From contig NC_042998.1 in NCBI RefSeq assembly GCF_006345805.1, positions 59,334,001-59,398,000 on the forward strand: DNA of 64,000 nucleotides. Reading direction: 5' to 3'. Made by a program: the position numbers and the translations under genes. The stretch is from Octopus sinensis. Its lineage: Eukaryota. The notes below the pieces were generated by a model, which was not told the origin of the DNA, made no database searches, and was given only the letters and a program-made list of their open reading frames with translations. Positions 47,775 to 62,151 of the stretch are shown one piece after another; position 1 is the first letter of the stretch, and every line of letters begins with the position of its first letter.

Positions 47775-50700
47775 TGTGTGTGTGTATGTATGTGTGTGTC
47801 AGTCGTCACAAAATTGTATGCATACTGACAGACACATACACACTCATATAGAAAATGTAACATCGTCGGGGTTGTGGTGGTGGTAGTAGCATAATATTTC
47901 GTTCCCGATAGTGGGTTTGGAGAAAGATTATAATGCTAAATGTTTATAATACAAATATGTAAATGAAAATAAAGTTTATTTGGCAGCCGATGGATTAATG
48001 AATGTTTTGATACCTCATACGTCAAAATCGGTTACTCAGTTTTCGAATGCATAAGGAACATATGCACTCACACACATACATAATGCACACTCACACACAC
48101 ACAAACTCCCATATATATTAAGATAGTATATACAATTTATATATATATACATTTATATATGTGTGTGTTTGTGTGCGCGCGCGTGTGTCTGTGTGTGTGT
48201 GTGCATGCAATTTGCTCCATACCCTCAGTGCATAAACATCTGTATAGTGCTACAAATATGTTTCACATTAATCATTCTTGAAGCCTGTAGACGATCGATA
48301 CTGGTTTGGATAATAAAGCTTTGCATGCTTTTTAGGATTGTTGATAACATTTTATTCGGTGTGGAGCGGTTTGTATTGCGTTCGCTTTTTTTTAGCTTCT
48401 TTTATCTTCGATCACCTACCACATATATTGGATAATCTTCCAGTTACTATTCCAGACATAGGAATTCCACAGCAATAGAGTGCAGCAATACCAATCTCAT
48501 TCACTCATCAAACTTTAAATACTGTAGAGACGACACCAATTGCATTAGCCTTGTGCCGGCATAGTTTTAACTCTGGAGCTTAAAATAGTAAAAGTGCAAA
48601 ACGGTTAAAAATTTATTGGCATCTTAAAATTTACATCTCCAAAGTTGCTCCGTAATAACTCGCTAACGACAAATTGTAGCAAAAATGGTCGCTTATTGTA
48701 ACAAAATTATAACAAAATCGTCGCAAATTGTAACAAAATTTGTCACCGGGTACCGCTGAAGCCTTAGCGGTAGCAGTTTGGTATGAATTCCTGAGAAGGG
48801 CTTTAATGCGTTCTCGGATGGTGTAACAATCAGGGCCACTTAACCTGTGATTGTTACACGTTATGTTTTTGTAGTTCTCACAGTGCTAACAATTTGATAA
48901 GAAGCCCCGAAAAGTGCGGTAATGCATTCTCAGGTGGTGTAACAATCGTATGGAAAGTGACCCTGAAAAAGGCCTTTTTTTCGTTTACACCGAATGTGAC
49001 GGGGTTGATGCTGTGAAATGTGAAATTCCGTTAAAACAGTTGACAAATCTAGGTTCGACAAAGGAAAAGAAACCCGGTTGAGAAAAGTTAGTAACTTTGA
49101 AAGCATGACTACAGTGGCACTCATCACATATCACTTCTGTAAGGTGGCGCTGGTGTAGTGGAGGCATTGAAGTTCGGGAATTTGAAAGCATGTAGTGGGT
49201 GAGGTGCCTACAACACCACATTTTTCGTCTTCCAAGTACTAATAGATTTTACTTGCTTCCAACTCTGGAATATTCGATATATAACTGGCCATGAGAGAAA
49301 CATGGCTCGCCCTCCTTCTTTTGGCAGCCAAAAGAGAATCTGTTTTACGACCAAGGTGCCTTCTTTTCTTAGTTGGTATGGCGGTAGTATTGGATTACGT
49401 TTAAATTGCGAGTTTTAAAAAACGGACAAAAGATACACTGAAAAACAAACTTGGCACAATGTAATGTATAGAAAGTGAAACTGCTAAACGTATTATTAAA
49501 AAAAGACGGAAGCAGGGACAGACAATTAGCTATATGGTCACAAAGACACTGAATACAATATATTTTAACGAGATCTAAACTAAAACCTGATAGGCGGCAA
49601 CAGTATGAAGGAGTTAACTTATTTGAGTATGGGGAAAATGAAACGTTTCAACAGGAAGTATGAAGTTAAAAGCAATAACAAACGTTCAAGGGTATGCCTA
49701 ACCTGCAAGCCGAAGCACTTATTAGATATGCACAAAAGCGCATCAATAATTGCGACTTGAAATTGGTATGATCATGTAAACAGTGTTCCACTAATGCAAT
49801 TCAGTCAAAAAGTTAATCGGCCGGGCTCATTTCAGTGGGTAATCAATAGTGTTCACGTGCATAGATCAAATATCATGTTCGAAGTTCGCCCCTTTACAGG
49901 CAGACCATTGACATAATCTCATTAAGGAAAATGGTTATGGAAAGGGAGCCTTATGATCGTCGGCGATAATAGGGGTAGTGGGTAGAAGTGAGTAAACACT
50001 AAGGACTTGGTAAAAGTAGTTTTTCACACCAAATAAGAGGCTCAAGTGGGAAAGCATTAAGGCCGTAGGCAATAATACACATCAAAATAGGCGGAGTGCG
50101 CATTAATAGTGGTCACGCCTACATATCACATGTCATACTCGCAGTTCACTCCGTGTTATCCCACCATGAGCGGAAGATAATTAAAGCAAATTTGTTCTGA
50201 ATATGCGAGGGGGCATCATGACCGTAGGCGATATTAGGGAGTGTTTAAAAGTAAACGCATATGTACACAGTTCACATCAGCTAGGTAAAACTGCCCGACA
50301 ATCCTTGGTGTGTGAGTAAACCGCAGAAGTTATAAGCAAACAAAACAAGTTTAATCCAGTGAATTGCAAATTTAATGCGAATAAACTTCTTGGCAAAATA
50401 TTAGTTTAAAACAGTCAGTTAAGCATGGGTAATATTGTTGCGAAATTTGGAGCGAACCGGTTTTGGAACTGCGGAATTTATTGGCAAAGAACCGAATTTT
50501 ATTAAGTTATTCACAGGTTTTTCCCATTCAGCGCTAGTTGACTTGACAATAACATAAGTCGGAAACAATTCTTAAAGCATGAATAATGTTCGAGCCAAAT
50601 TCGGAGCGAATCGGTTGGAAACTACGGGCGTTATTGACAAAAAACGCTCAGTTATTCACGGACTTACCTCTTAACGCAGATGAATTTGCCGAAAATTTCA

Positions 50701-50976
50701 AACAAAACGATTCATATGTCATGATTAATGTTCATGTCAAATTTGGAGTAAATTGCACGGAAAACCAACCAGGAAATTATGGGGAAAAAACTATTTTTTT
50801 TGAAGAGTTATATATGGTTTGAATGGGGTCTGGAAAATATAAAGTAAGTCATGACCACCCTCGGAGCGTGTCATGTTTGAGCGAAAGCTGTTGAAAAGTG
50901 TGGAAATGCATAATGACCATGCACACAGACACAAACACACAGAGGCACACAGATACACAGACACACAAACATCTGT

Positions 50977-51011
<35 letters not shown>

Positions 51012-51061
51012 TATATGTAGTATAGGTAGGTAAATAGATAGATTTACATGTATATACATAC

Positions 51062-51146
<85 letters not shown>

Positions 51147-51207
51147 ACATATATACACATAAATACATATACAAATACATATATATATACGTATATTTAT
51201 ATATATC

Positions 51208-51261
<54 letters not shown>

Positions 51262-53286
51262 CATGTACGTGAGTGTATGCGTGTGTATGTGTACATATCT
51301 GTGTGTGTGTCCATGAATAAAGGTAAGATAAAATTTACTGACACGGTATTGAAAACTCGTTAGATTTCAGATCCTATGTAAAATGACAACCTTTATACTT
51401 CAAGGTATATTAATTAAACATGGGTGTGATTTAATTAATCTTCATCTAAAAGTACGATACCATCTTCATCATTTCTGTGTCACTGGAGAAAAGGAAGATC
51501 TTAAAAAAATGTTTGACCTTTTGTAATGGTGTATAAAATATTACGTCTCTCAAATTTACTTCACATCACTAGGGACATCGAAATATGAATGTGCGTGTAG
51601 TCACCGCTAGACTTAAAGATAATTGAAATGTGTGAATAATTACTTGCAGTGTAGTCAAGCTACAAGCAAAGAGATGGAATCTGTCGTCAGACATATAATT
51701 AAGAAGTACCCTGCAGTTATATTTTCGTCAGTGTTATCAACACAGTGAACTTCATGAAAGAATTTATAGATTTGAATTTGCAATTATGTTTATCATGTTA
51801 ATATGCTTCTTCATTCAGAAGGAGGTTAATTGGTTGATTAGCTATAATTCCGAATACTATGCATCATGGTATGAAGTTAGGACTCTGTAAATTTTGATTT
51901 TTAACCCTAAAGTCCTGCAGTGATCAACAGCGCCTTTATATCATTCAAACATCAGGTGACTACGGTACTAGTCTCGTAATGTTAGCGATTTAATCGTTTA
52001 TACAATCTATCGAGAAAGACTTGCATTGAGAGTAAATAAAATATCTCTATTGACAGAACTGTGATTGTATATCCATATTTGTTAGGTACTTACAAATTCG
52101 TAAATACGAAACAAAAAAAAATCTTTGATAATAACTTTATGGTTGTGCATCCAAAATTATTGGTATTTAGTTAGTCTTACATTGTGAAATAAACATTATT
52201 ATTAGAACCATATGAAAGTTCAAGTATTGTATTTCGTAGCTTAATCGCTTTCCTTTTTTGTTACCCATCTGTAATATGTTTGCCTAAAGTTGGTAAGCAG
52301 AAATAAGACCGATCTTGGAACATGTATTAACACCCAGTTGATTGATGCTGTAGTTTCGTGTCTTTTCATAGTTTAAGGAAATATGTATTTCTCCATATAT
52401 ACTTGCACGCAAGAATATTTGTATACACGTATGCACACACACATATATGTATATGTATACATATGCATACATAAGTGGGTATATGTATATTATATAATAT
52501 GTGTACATATAATCATACATATCTATATACATACATATATACATACATACATACATATATAAATAAATATATAAATGAGGTTAAACGCAGGTGTTATTCA
52601 AATTCTTTTATTTCCGAAATATGTTTCGAAGATATCCTGAAATATCTCTGGTATTATCCCAAAGGAATAAATTAGTGTAAAACAATGTAACCTTCCGCTC
52701 AGGAAAGTGTAGAAATGAAACTCGTCAATAAGGCATTTTAACAGAAAATGATGGATATGTATAGTGATTAACTGAATGCTATTATGATTGTTTCAAACAA
52801 CGTTATAGGATATAACGTCAGAGGTAGCCTAGAGAAAAGGGGGGGATAAAGGAAAGAAAAACTAAATAAATGAGAAATATATGACTATATTTATGTTAAA
52901 TAAAAACCATATAGACTTGGAAAATATATATATCTAGTGAATGTGATATGTGAGAAGAAAATTAATGTTTAAATTATATATATTGATTGATATCACTTAT
53001 ATGAACTAAAGGTGTGTTTCTGCAAATGCACGCTCTATAACCATGTTTACAAGGGGAAATTTAGAAAAAAGAATAAAAAATAGTTCAGAATTACAGAGAA
53101 GACTGACGTCCTTACCTTTGTCATAAGGTATCGAAATTGAGAGAATCAACCAATCTAAATTAGATTGTTTATTGTGGTCTTTTAGATCCCAAATTAAGTT
53201 ACTAAGCCCTGTACTGCTACGTCTATTTTACCTTTAAGTTTGGAGTTACACTCCCTAATTGTATTACACACACACACACACACACA

Positions 53287-53337
<51 letters not shown>

Positions 53338-53831
53338 CAATAATAAAGTGATTGTTTCTTATCAGGAGCAAAATATTTAATAGGACTGCTATTGAAGTGC
53401 TCAAATAAATGAGAAAAATATATTAAACTATGGTTGCAGAACAAACAAATATAAGGTCATCCATGTAACATTTTATATCTCGAACATTTAATCACATAAT
53501 GCTTTTTCTGTCACATAGAATATACATGCATAAAATCACGGAAAATGAAATACAACTCATCAATACAAGCATATAAGAAAAATATAAGAAAAATGTGTGA
53601 ATACAGTCTATTGCGGTTAAAAATTAATGATTAATACTTTAGCGACTAAAATATATATATTTTAACATTATAACATCTAGAATAATAAATATATAAAAAT
53701 ATAAAGAAATATACAAATATATAAATATATAAAAAAGATATAAAAATACATATATATAGCAAACATGTAAATAAATAATATATAAGGTAAGATAAAATTT
53801 CATCGTTTAGAATTTTTTTCGATTAAAAATT

Positions 53832-54094
53832 TCTTTTCAAGATAAGGGAAAACCTATTGTGAAAAGCCAGTGTCCAAGCAAACAAAAAAAAGAGAAGAAA
53901 CCATATTTACATTCCCTATGGCCATTTCAGGGGTTCATCACCGTACTTAATGCACGAGGGTGCATCACAATAATTACTCCTTAATGAGGGGAAAATTAAA
54001 GAAACACACATCACATACCAGGGTGAGACCTCCTTAACCTTTTTTGGTTGGACACTGGCTTTTCACAACAGGTTTTTCCCTTATCTTGAAAAGA
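53832..54094. repeat. Inverted repeat element (about 47-bp arms, about 170-bp spacer)
   Basis: TCTTTTCAAGATAAGGGAAAACCTATTGTGAAAAGCCAGTGTCCAA mirrored at 54048-54094. Confidence 0.85.
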
Positions 54095-54719
54095 TATGTC
54101 ACGTGTCAGCGACGGGACGAAAGATAATCTATCTTTCTGCCCATTTCCTTCCTAAAGATAACACGTGCTTGTACGTGTCTCCTCTCATAAGCTCGTCCTT
54201 CTAGCGTTCATAATTATTTTTCTATCATCTTAGCTTAACAACCCTCATCGTTTGTTTTTACTGTCTTGTTCTCACTGTCCTGTTCTTGTTACCACTTTCA
54301 CCCTCCGTAAAAAATACCAAATTTTATTTAATTTGCTTTGCGGGAAGGACTGTTTCAACGGAGTCGCGTATTGTCCTTGCACTCGGAAAGCGGGATAGAT
54401 GAAACAGGGATAACTGATGAATGGGAATATTATTTATGTTGCATGACTCGTTTCTCTGTGTTTTTCGTTGTTGGGAAAAAAGTTAGTTTTCTATGTTTTT
54501 GTTGTTATGTTTTCGTTTCTCATTGTGGTCAAGGTTTTTTTTTCATGTGCTGTCCCCATATAAGCATTTATATATACATATATATGTAGGTATGTATATA
54601 TATGGATGTATATATTGATATATCTATAAATCATTTATATTATTATATGATCGAACGCCACTCATCGTTTTCCAAGGAAGTTTTATCTATCTATCTCTTT
54701 CTCTCTCTCTCTCTCTCCT

Positions 54720-54780
<61 letters not shown>

Positions 54781-55104
54781 ACAATTAAAGGTTACAAACC
54801 TCATTCAGGGATAGCAAAATCCTGAACATTATATTTAATACTCCACTGCAAGGTAACTATATAAACCATGGTTTATATAGTTACGGTTTGCAGCCGTTTA
54901 CTCAGTATGAGAAAACTGAACACCTAATTTGCACACCTTTATCTACGTCTAAAGAGATTTGGCTTTGAAATGTTTTTTGATGTAATTAATTTTCTGAAAG
55001 CCTGAACTGAAACAGCTGCAAGGGGCTTTTTGTCAATTTTTAGTGAATAGTAATTTATTAATTACCTTTCTATTCTCTCATCTTATCTCTCTCTCACTCT
55101 CTCA

Positions 55105-55148
<44 letters not shown>

Positions 55149-55210
55149 ATATATATATATATATATATAGCGATAGAGCTAGAGAAGGAGTGAGAAGGAC
55201 AGAGAGACAG

Positions 55211-55285
<75 letters not shown>

Positions 55286-56149
55286 CACATATATGCACTC
55301 ATATCTGTGTGAGTGTGTGCATGAACCAGAGCATAAGAAATGTATAAATCCAAATGTATATTATTACCTATACAACATGAAATTAGTTGATAAATTTGTT
55401 ATATGCTAATGAGTCAGTGATTACTAGACGGCTCGAGGAAAAAGATAACTTGTTTTTTAATGCTATAGGAAGCTATCCCGATATATTTTAAAAATCAAGA
55501 ATTTCAGATTAAATTGTTAGTGGTCTACATACTAATGACATATTTCCCAGTGACTTTATGTTGATTGATACAATATTGAGCAAGCTGCAAATGTGACACC
55601 TCTAGCTTCTAGATTCATATTCCGCTATTAAAAAGAAAACACGCTCGACACCAAATTGATTTATGTCATGCCTGTTAAATAGATGCAAAATGGCTTGAGT
55701 CATTTCATTAATTTAGATATTAATGATGTGGAAAATATTTAACGTACAGATAAGTAGATAATGAGATTTTTTTCTGTTGAAGTTACATTTTCTGAATTAT
55801 TAAAATTAAGAGAAAAAATTTTAATCTGATATATTGTATGTAGTTTTTCGCGTTGAATGTTATTTTGTGATTTATTTGTTCCATCGAACTTTTAGAAAAA
55901 CGTTACAGAGATTTAAATTTTCATACTTTTACCCAAATAGAAAACAGGATCTAGAAGCTGGCATTTTGTGTGATAGCTGCGCATGACAAAATTTCGACGA
56001 CAAACTTGTAAGACGTTTTTAAGTTTTAATAAATTTTAACGAATAAACTCAGGTGGAATGTAGAAACAGGCATGTAAACAATATAAAACCGACAAATGCT
56101 CAATGAAATCTGGGTTTTTTTGAGAAAAAATGAAAAAAACAAACAGTAA

Positions 56150-56830
56150 GTTAAATCTCCCCCCAACCCAAATAACAAACCAACACTTTAGTTCACTCTT
56201 CTATGTCGAAGGTTATAACCATCAGTTCCGGGATTGTGAGAGTAGGTCTTCGATAAGTCACTGGAAATTGTGGTTTCTTGAAGAATAGACTGGCGTACTC
56301 AATTCTGACATGGCATCGCATAAAAGGAAACATATTTTGTTTCGCGGCACACTCTCTCGGAAACCCACTGCTCAGGTAGAAAACATCCTTCCTCGATCGC
56401 TTTTACGTCTTGAGAAAAATGTTTCTTCTATCTCAACACTCTTCCCAGGTCCGCCTATGTGAAGTGGGTTGTGGAGCAGATCCACCTCAGATGTTTCACA
56501 AACATAGCTGTTGTACTCAACAGCTGTGCATTGGTCTTCACCACAAAACCGAAGCGATTTCCTTGACCCATGGGAAAAGGAATAAAAGCAGTACAGTCCT
56601 AAGAAGAAGGGTACCATTTTCCAACAATATATCTTTTTTTAAAAAATCACTTGCTGCGTCCTTTTCGAGAACACCGCCATAAAAATGTCCCGTGAAGAAT
56701 CTTGTTCATTTAGTGTTTTTGTATATGATTTTCTTTTAGGGATGACACCATTCTCTTAGAAGTAAGAAACCGCATCCCCCTCGGTTTTCAATTTCTCCAT
56801 CATATCCGAAAGATTAAACGAGTTGGCTGT
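56150..56830 (-). pseudogene. Merlin (IS1016/ISXO2-like DDE) transposase remnant
   Basis: WRCSRKG, NPLHIGGPGKSVEIEETFFSRRK..RGR, QWV..VCRETK, ETTISSDL..TYS, HRRVN*S. Confidence 0.78.
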
Positions 56831-59088
56831 GGTCATACTTGTATTTAGGCTAAAAATGTCCATGTCCAGGAAAACACGCAGTTTAAAATTATCAAAATGC
56901 GGCAGTGACTGGAGAGCAAATTAAAATATCTGTTCGTTTCTCAGAATGAAACAAAAACAAACAAAAATCCCAGATGAAAATCACAAATATGAGGTGGTAC
57001 AAAAGTTCAGAAAATAGGCCGTTGTCAAATAAAATAGACAGGTGAAGGCAATACACATGGTTGGAGCTTAAAGCAAATTATATCTTAGATTCTTACAATA
57101 GAAACAGACGCCAAACGTGTCTGTGGATTTTGATTGGATAAAATTATCCCAAATTTGCAAACTTTAAAAGCTATTAACCTCTTATTTATTAATTCATTGT
57201 AAAAATAAATTTCATTTCCATAATTAGCATACAAAATTATATCAGTGCACCAGTTTGAAAACAATTGGAACAGAATTAAAAGAATAGAAAACTGTCACAG
57301 AAAAGATCCGAATAAAGTACATAAAATGTGGGTCTACAAATTGTATCAATCTAATAAATGAATAATTTTAGATAAATTCTAAAAAATGCGAAGCTTCTTA
57401 AAATAAAATCGCTCAAGATTTATCTGTCCCGTGTTGAGTGGATATAGTATTAAGCTACCAATCAATGTGTAAAATCTTCAGCTTGAATCTTTTGCGAAGA
57501 TCCTTGAATTCTGATGTAAACCACTATATTTTACCGAGATTCCGCTCATCTGACTCCCGAGAACAGGTTCAATGGCATCCAGAGATATTAAAGGAAATAT
57601 ATCATCTCTTAAGCAAAAACGACGCAGGGGTCCCAAATTGTCTACAGATCCCAATGCTCACTTATTATAGGTACTATCAGACAAAAGTATTTAGTGCAGT
57701 GTAACACATTATTTTGAACCGGTTAATCGAGAAAGTAACGAGTGATATATTTCCAACCTCGAGGAGTGTTCAATATAGATAGTTTCAGTATATCTACAAA
57801 ACATTTCAACATAGTATCAGTTAAATTCAATTGTAACATTTAGAAAGCAGTTTTTTTATGACTTTATTGAAAATATATATCTCAATTTGTTGTTAGCCTT
57901 TTAATTCCTCCGGTAAAAAATGTTAACATTAACTTCATTAATACTGTATAATTTATAGCTTGATGTACGATAGACACGTGCTTTTCGCTTAGTTAGACGC
58001 AATACGTAAATTTGCACGTTTTTAGAAATCAAGTAAAATTACCTACAGGATTTTCAAAGCAGTTAAATGTCATTTTATGTTTTCTAGCCCTGAAATCAAT
58101 TTACAGATATTTTGTTATATATCCGTACACCTCCCACGTATTTTGTCTACTTTGCAAATGTACATCATCGCATTGGGCAATTTTCACTGCGTTGTTATCA
58201 TATATATTGAAACTGTATGTCATTTGAGTGGTAGAATTCACCAATAATGGATATAGATAGATGGATAGATGGTTACATAGAAAATACATACAGATACAGA
58301 GCAGAAATAAGGATATCATGAGCCATAAATTGCAGTTCAAGGCAGCTGTAATAGATAACACATTAATGTTAAATATCCCAGAGTAGACAAATAATGAGAT
58401 TTTTGTCTGGAGAGCACTCAGCTTGCACAATCTTACTTGTCAAGACCTTTTATTTACAAATCCAGTGTAACGATAATTGTAATTGTTTCGTTCTTCCCAG
58501 CATTTGGAAGTTCTCAGGAATAAGTCTTAATATGTTTAGGCATGTAAAAGTAAATGTCAAAATGTAAATCTAATGAATGTGTCGAGAAAGTATATTCCAT
58601 GCGAGGCTTTGAAAAGTATTCTTCGGGAAAACAATTTGAACGACTAACTTTGAGGCAAAGAAAAAGTCGAGATGTCTGCCAGATTGTAATTTTTTTTATT
58701 TTTTAGAATGCAGCATTAAATGTTTCTGAAGTTCTTTAAAATGTTAACGTATACACAGTCGATAAAAAGTGATGTCTGTCTACTCGGCAGAATAATGTAA
58801 ATCTTCATGTTAATGGTCGAGGCTGCAGTTAAGCAAAAAAAATAACAAAATAGCAAAGAGCGAATTTAGTGTCAATCGGTTAAAACAAATAACTTTTGAC
58901 CACAACAAGCGAGAAGTATAATCCCAGCAAAAATACTACGAAGAGTACTGTCACAAAAGTGCTTATAGTAAATGGCGTGGGTCGCAATTTAAACATCTGG
59001 AAAGTGAAACAATAAATCAGAACCAACAAATTTGAAAGTATATATATATACAGAGAAAGAGAGATAGAAAGATAGATAGATAGATAGA

Positions 59089-59136
<48 letters not shown>

Positions 59137-60049
59137 GTGTGAGTGTTTGTGTGTGTACTTATATTTGTTAGTAGACGCGCGAAGCAATATCGGAGAGCAA
59201 AATAAATTAAAACCGGTTAAAAATGGTTGAGAGATATTTGAACCTGTTCAAGTTTTCACTGCGGGTTGCAAGGGCGAAGAATTTCGAAATTTATTCATCA
59301 GTCCAATAGAGGTGGTCTGAGTGAATTATGGCATTATGAAACCTCTTTTTTCAAGGGTAGGCGAGGAATTTTTTTACTCGATAATAAGTCGCAGTGAAAA
59401 ATCTTTTTGGGATGAAATGACTCTCATCCTTATATACGAGAGGATGGTGAAAATTCCCAGGCTTTAAGAGGTGTCGCGAAAGGCATGGTTGGTGGCCCAA
59501 CCTTCCGAGTTGTTTTACAGGACTTAGAAATACTGAAGAACAGTTTGTAATATGTATGCGAATCTGAGAGATGAATATGTTGAATAAGATTACAATGAAC
59601 TGATCCTCCTGTAATTCCTTTCACTCAAAACCATGGATTTTTCAGTATTTTTTCGTATATGTATACTTGCACACACACACACATACACATATATATGACG
59701 AAAGGGTAAAATTAATTAATTAATCAATTAATTAATAATTAATAATTTTACCAAGTAGTTCGGTCCGTTGAAATAACCTTTTTGAGTAACATCATACAAA
59801 TATTCTATAATTATAAGCATAATTATAATCGGGGGGTCAGCTAATTGCTTCTCCATGCACCGAATTTAGAAATAGCAGTTAACATATTTTTTCCGCAAAC
59901 ACAAATATCTCCCAGACAGTAACACACTTTATTTACGTAGGCAAAGAGAAAAAATGATGAATCCACACGACTTAGATTAGCTACATACGCGTTTCGGGAT
60001 TAAAGTAAAGTTATATTTACTTATGCTAAGTATGCTTATAATTATAGAA

Positions 60050-60093
<44 letters not shown>

Positions 60094-60182
60094 TGTGTGT
60101 GTGTGTGTGCATACATATTCAAAACTTAGAGGGTGGAGCAGATAGAATTCTGGCAACTTATATTTCATAGCTAACGAAATCA

Positions 60183-60431
60183 CGAAAGTAGTGAATTATC
60201 CAAAAGAAGAGTAGACCGCAAGCTACTCTTCAGGTCAAGGATACCTTGAATATATAAGGTTTACATTCTCTTTGGGAGATGCCCTATTAAGTGCTTGGGG
60301 ATTTCGATCGAAATGCCAACGAGTTAGCACGGGATCTCTCAAAGACAATGCAGACTTTATATCATCATAACATCCTTGACCTGAAGAGTAGCTTGCAGTA
60401 GACTCCTCGTTTGAATAATTCACTACTTACG
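60183..60431. repeat. About 250-bp imperfect foldback centred on TTTCGATCGAAA
   Basis: 59-bp outer arms (60183-60241 / 60373-60431) plus an inner GGGAGATGCCC / GGGATCTCTC match. Confidence 0.8.
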
Positions 60432-60663
60432 AGGTCCCACTAGCTATGAATCATATGTTGGCTGAATTTTAACTACAATATTCCCTAAATTTCGAATGTT
60501 CATTCACTTAACAATCCCTGATGATAATTGTGAAATATAAAATTATCTTTTTCAGCTTAACGTACTTCGGTATAGGAAAAATTCACAACCACCTGCTCCA
60601 ATAATCCACTACTGTTCCTACACCTTGATCTTCTCTTCTTACCTTTACATATCTATCTATTTT

Positions 60664-60747
<84 letters not shown>

Positions 60748-60748
60748 C

Positions 60749-60807
<59 letters not shown>

Positions 60808-60820
60808 TTGTGCTTGTCAG

Positions 60821-60904
<84 letters not shown>

Positions 60905-60914
60905 TATATAATAG

Positions 60915-61297
60915 TATAATTGTTACTAACGTGACTGGTGTGTTAGTAAACACCTACATTCCTAGAAATAAGAGCTAAAATGCTCTAATGCTGTAGATAA
61001 TGCACATGAAAGAGCACCTATACAGTAACAGGGATCTGAATCGTCCGAAAAATACCGATCGAGAATTGTTAATACTGTTATCAGTTTCGGCAATTTCCGT
61101 TGCCTCATCAGTTAAGCCCGATCGATCTCGGTTTTCTTTAATTGAGAAATCTCGATCGGCACATTCCGGACGATCAGGTCCCGTTAGTGTATATGTTTTT
61201 AGTCATGTTTATTAACTACAGCATTAGAGCATTTTAGCTTGTATTTCTAGCAACGTAGGTGTTTCTTAACACCCTAGTCACATTTAGCGATAATTAT
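60915..61297. mobile_element. About 380-bp non-coding foldback element with a central hammerhead ribozyme
   Basis: Outer arms 60931-61000 / 61215-61281 and inner arms 61027-61072 / 61142-61186. Confidence 0.75.
61056..61124 (-). ncRNA. Canonical type I hammerhead ribozyme with extended stem I
   Basis: CGATCGGG-C-TTAA-CTGATGA-GGCAA CGGAAA TTGCC-GAAA-CTG ATAA CAG-TA^-TTAA-CAATT-CTCGATCG; predicted cleavage 61073/61072. Confidence 0.88.
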
Positions 61298-62078
61298 AAT
61301 TCTCTTTTTTGATGAAACATTGCAACCTGTTGTTTATATTAATTACACACACACACACACACATAAATACACACACATACAGATACTCCCATTTTGGGAA
61401 ATTTGAAGTGGTGTTATTGAAATTACGTAATTCCGAGAATTCAATCTCACCACCGGCTACTTTGCCTTCAAAGTCAAATGTCAATAACTGATATTGCAGC
61501 CTCACTTACTAAATCGATATTACACAATTTGACACTACACTTTGCATTATGGGTAGTTGTGTGGCAAATATTGTTTAACGTTTGGCTTCAATTAATTAAT
61601 GCCCTTAATGTCTTTAGGTATTTAGATCGTACACCCTCTCTTTTACTCTATTTTACTTGTTTCAGTCATTTGACTGTGGCCATGCTGGAGCACCGCCTTT
61701 AGTCGAGCAAATCGGCCCCAGGACTTATTCTTTGTAAGCCTAGTACTTATTCTATCGGTCTCTTTTGCAGAACCGCTAAGTTACGGGCACGTAAACACAA
61801 CAGCATCGGTTGTCAAGCGATGTTGGGGGACAACCACAAACATATAAACACACACACATACATGTATATGTGCATATATATATATATACATAGAAGTAAA
61901 TATATGGCACAACGAAGTACCGATATTTACTGGAAAATAGCGAACGTAATAAATACGACGCTAATGTATAGCTTCACCACGTATGTACTAGCAAAAATGC
62001 GTATGTGCAACAAACTTGAAATAAATTGTCTTACCTCCAGGGAGAACATCTGAAAGATGAAATACCTAGAAAGGGATA

Positions 62079-62151
62079 ATGTGGGACCGGTTTCAGATTT
62101 TTCAAGATATGTCTGCACACATATACTTGATTTATCTTCATCAGCCAACAT
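62079..62151 (-). ncRNA. Type I hammerhead ribozyme (repeat unit 1)
   Basis: ATG-T-TGG-CTGATGA-AGAT..TCAAG.ATATGT GTGCAG ACATAT CTTGA..ATCT-GAAA-CCGG-TC^-CCACAT; cleavage 62085/62084. Confidence 0.85.

Noticed and set aside
49700-50900. Helentron/DINE-like element with diverged ~130-bp subrepeats
   Set aside because: The repeats (AAATTTGGAG...AATCGG) are visible but I could not identify termini.
58590-58790. Mariner transposase C-terminal remnant
   Set aside because: Only faint similarity with many stops.
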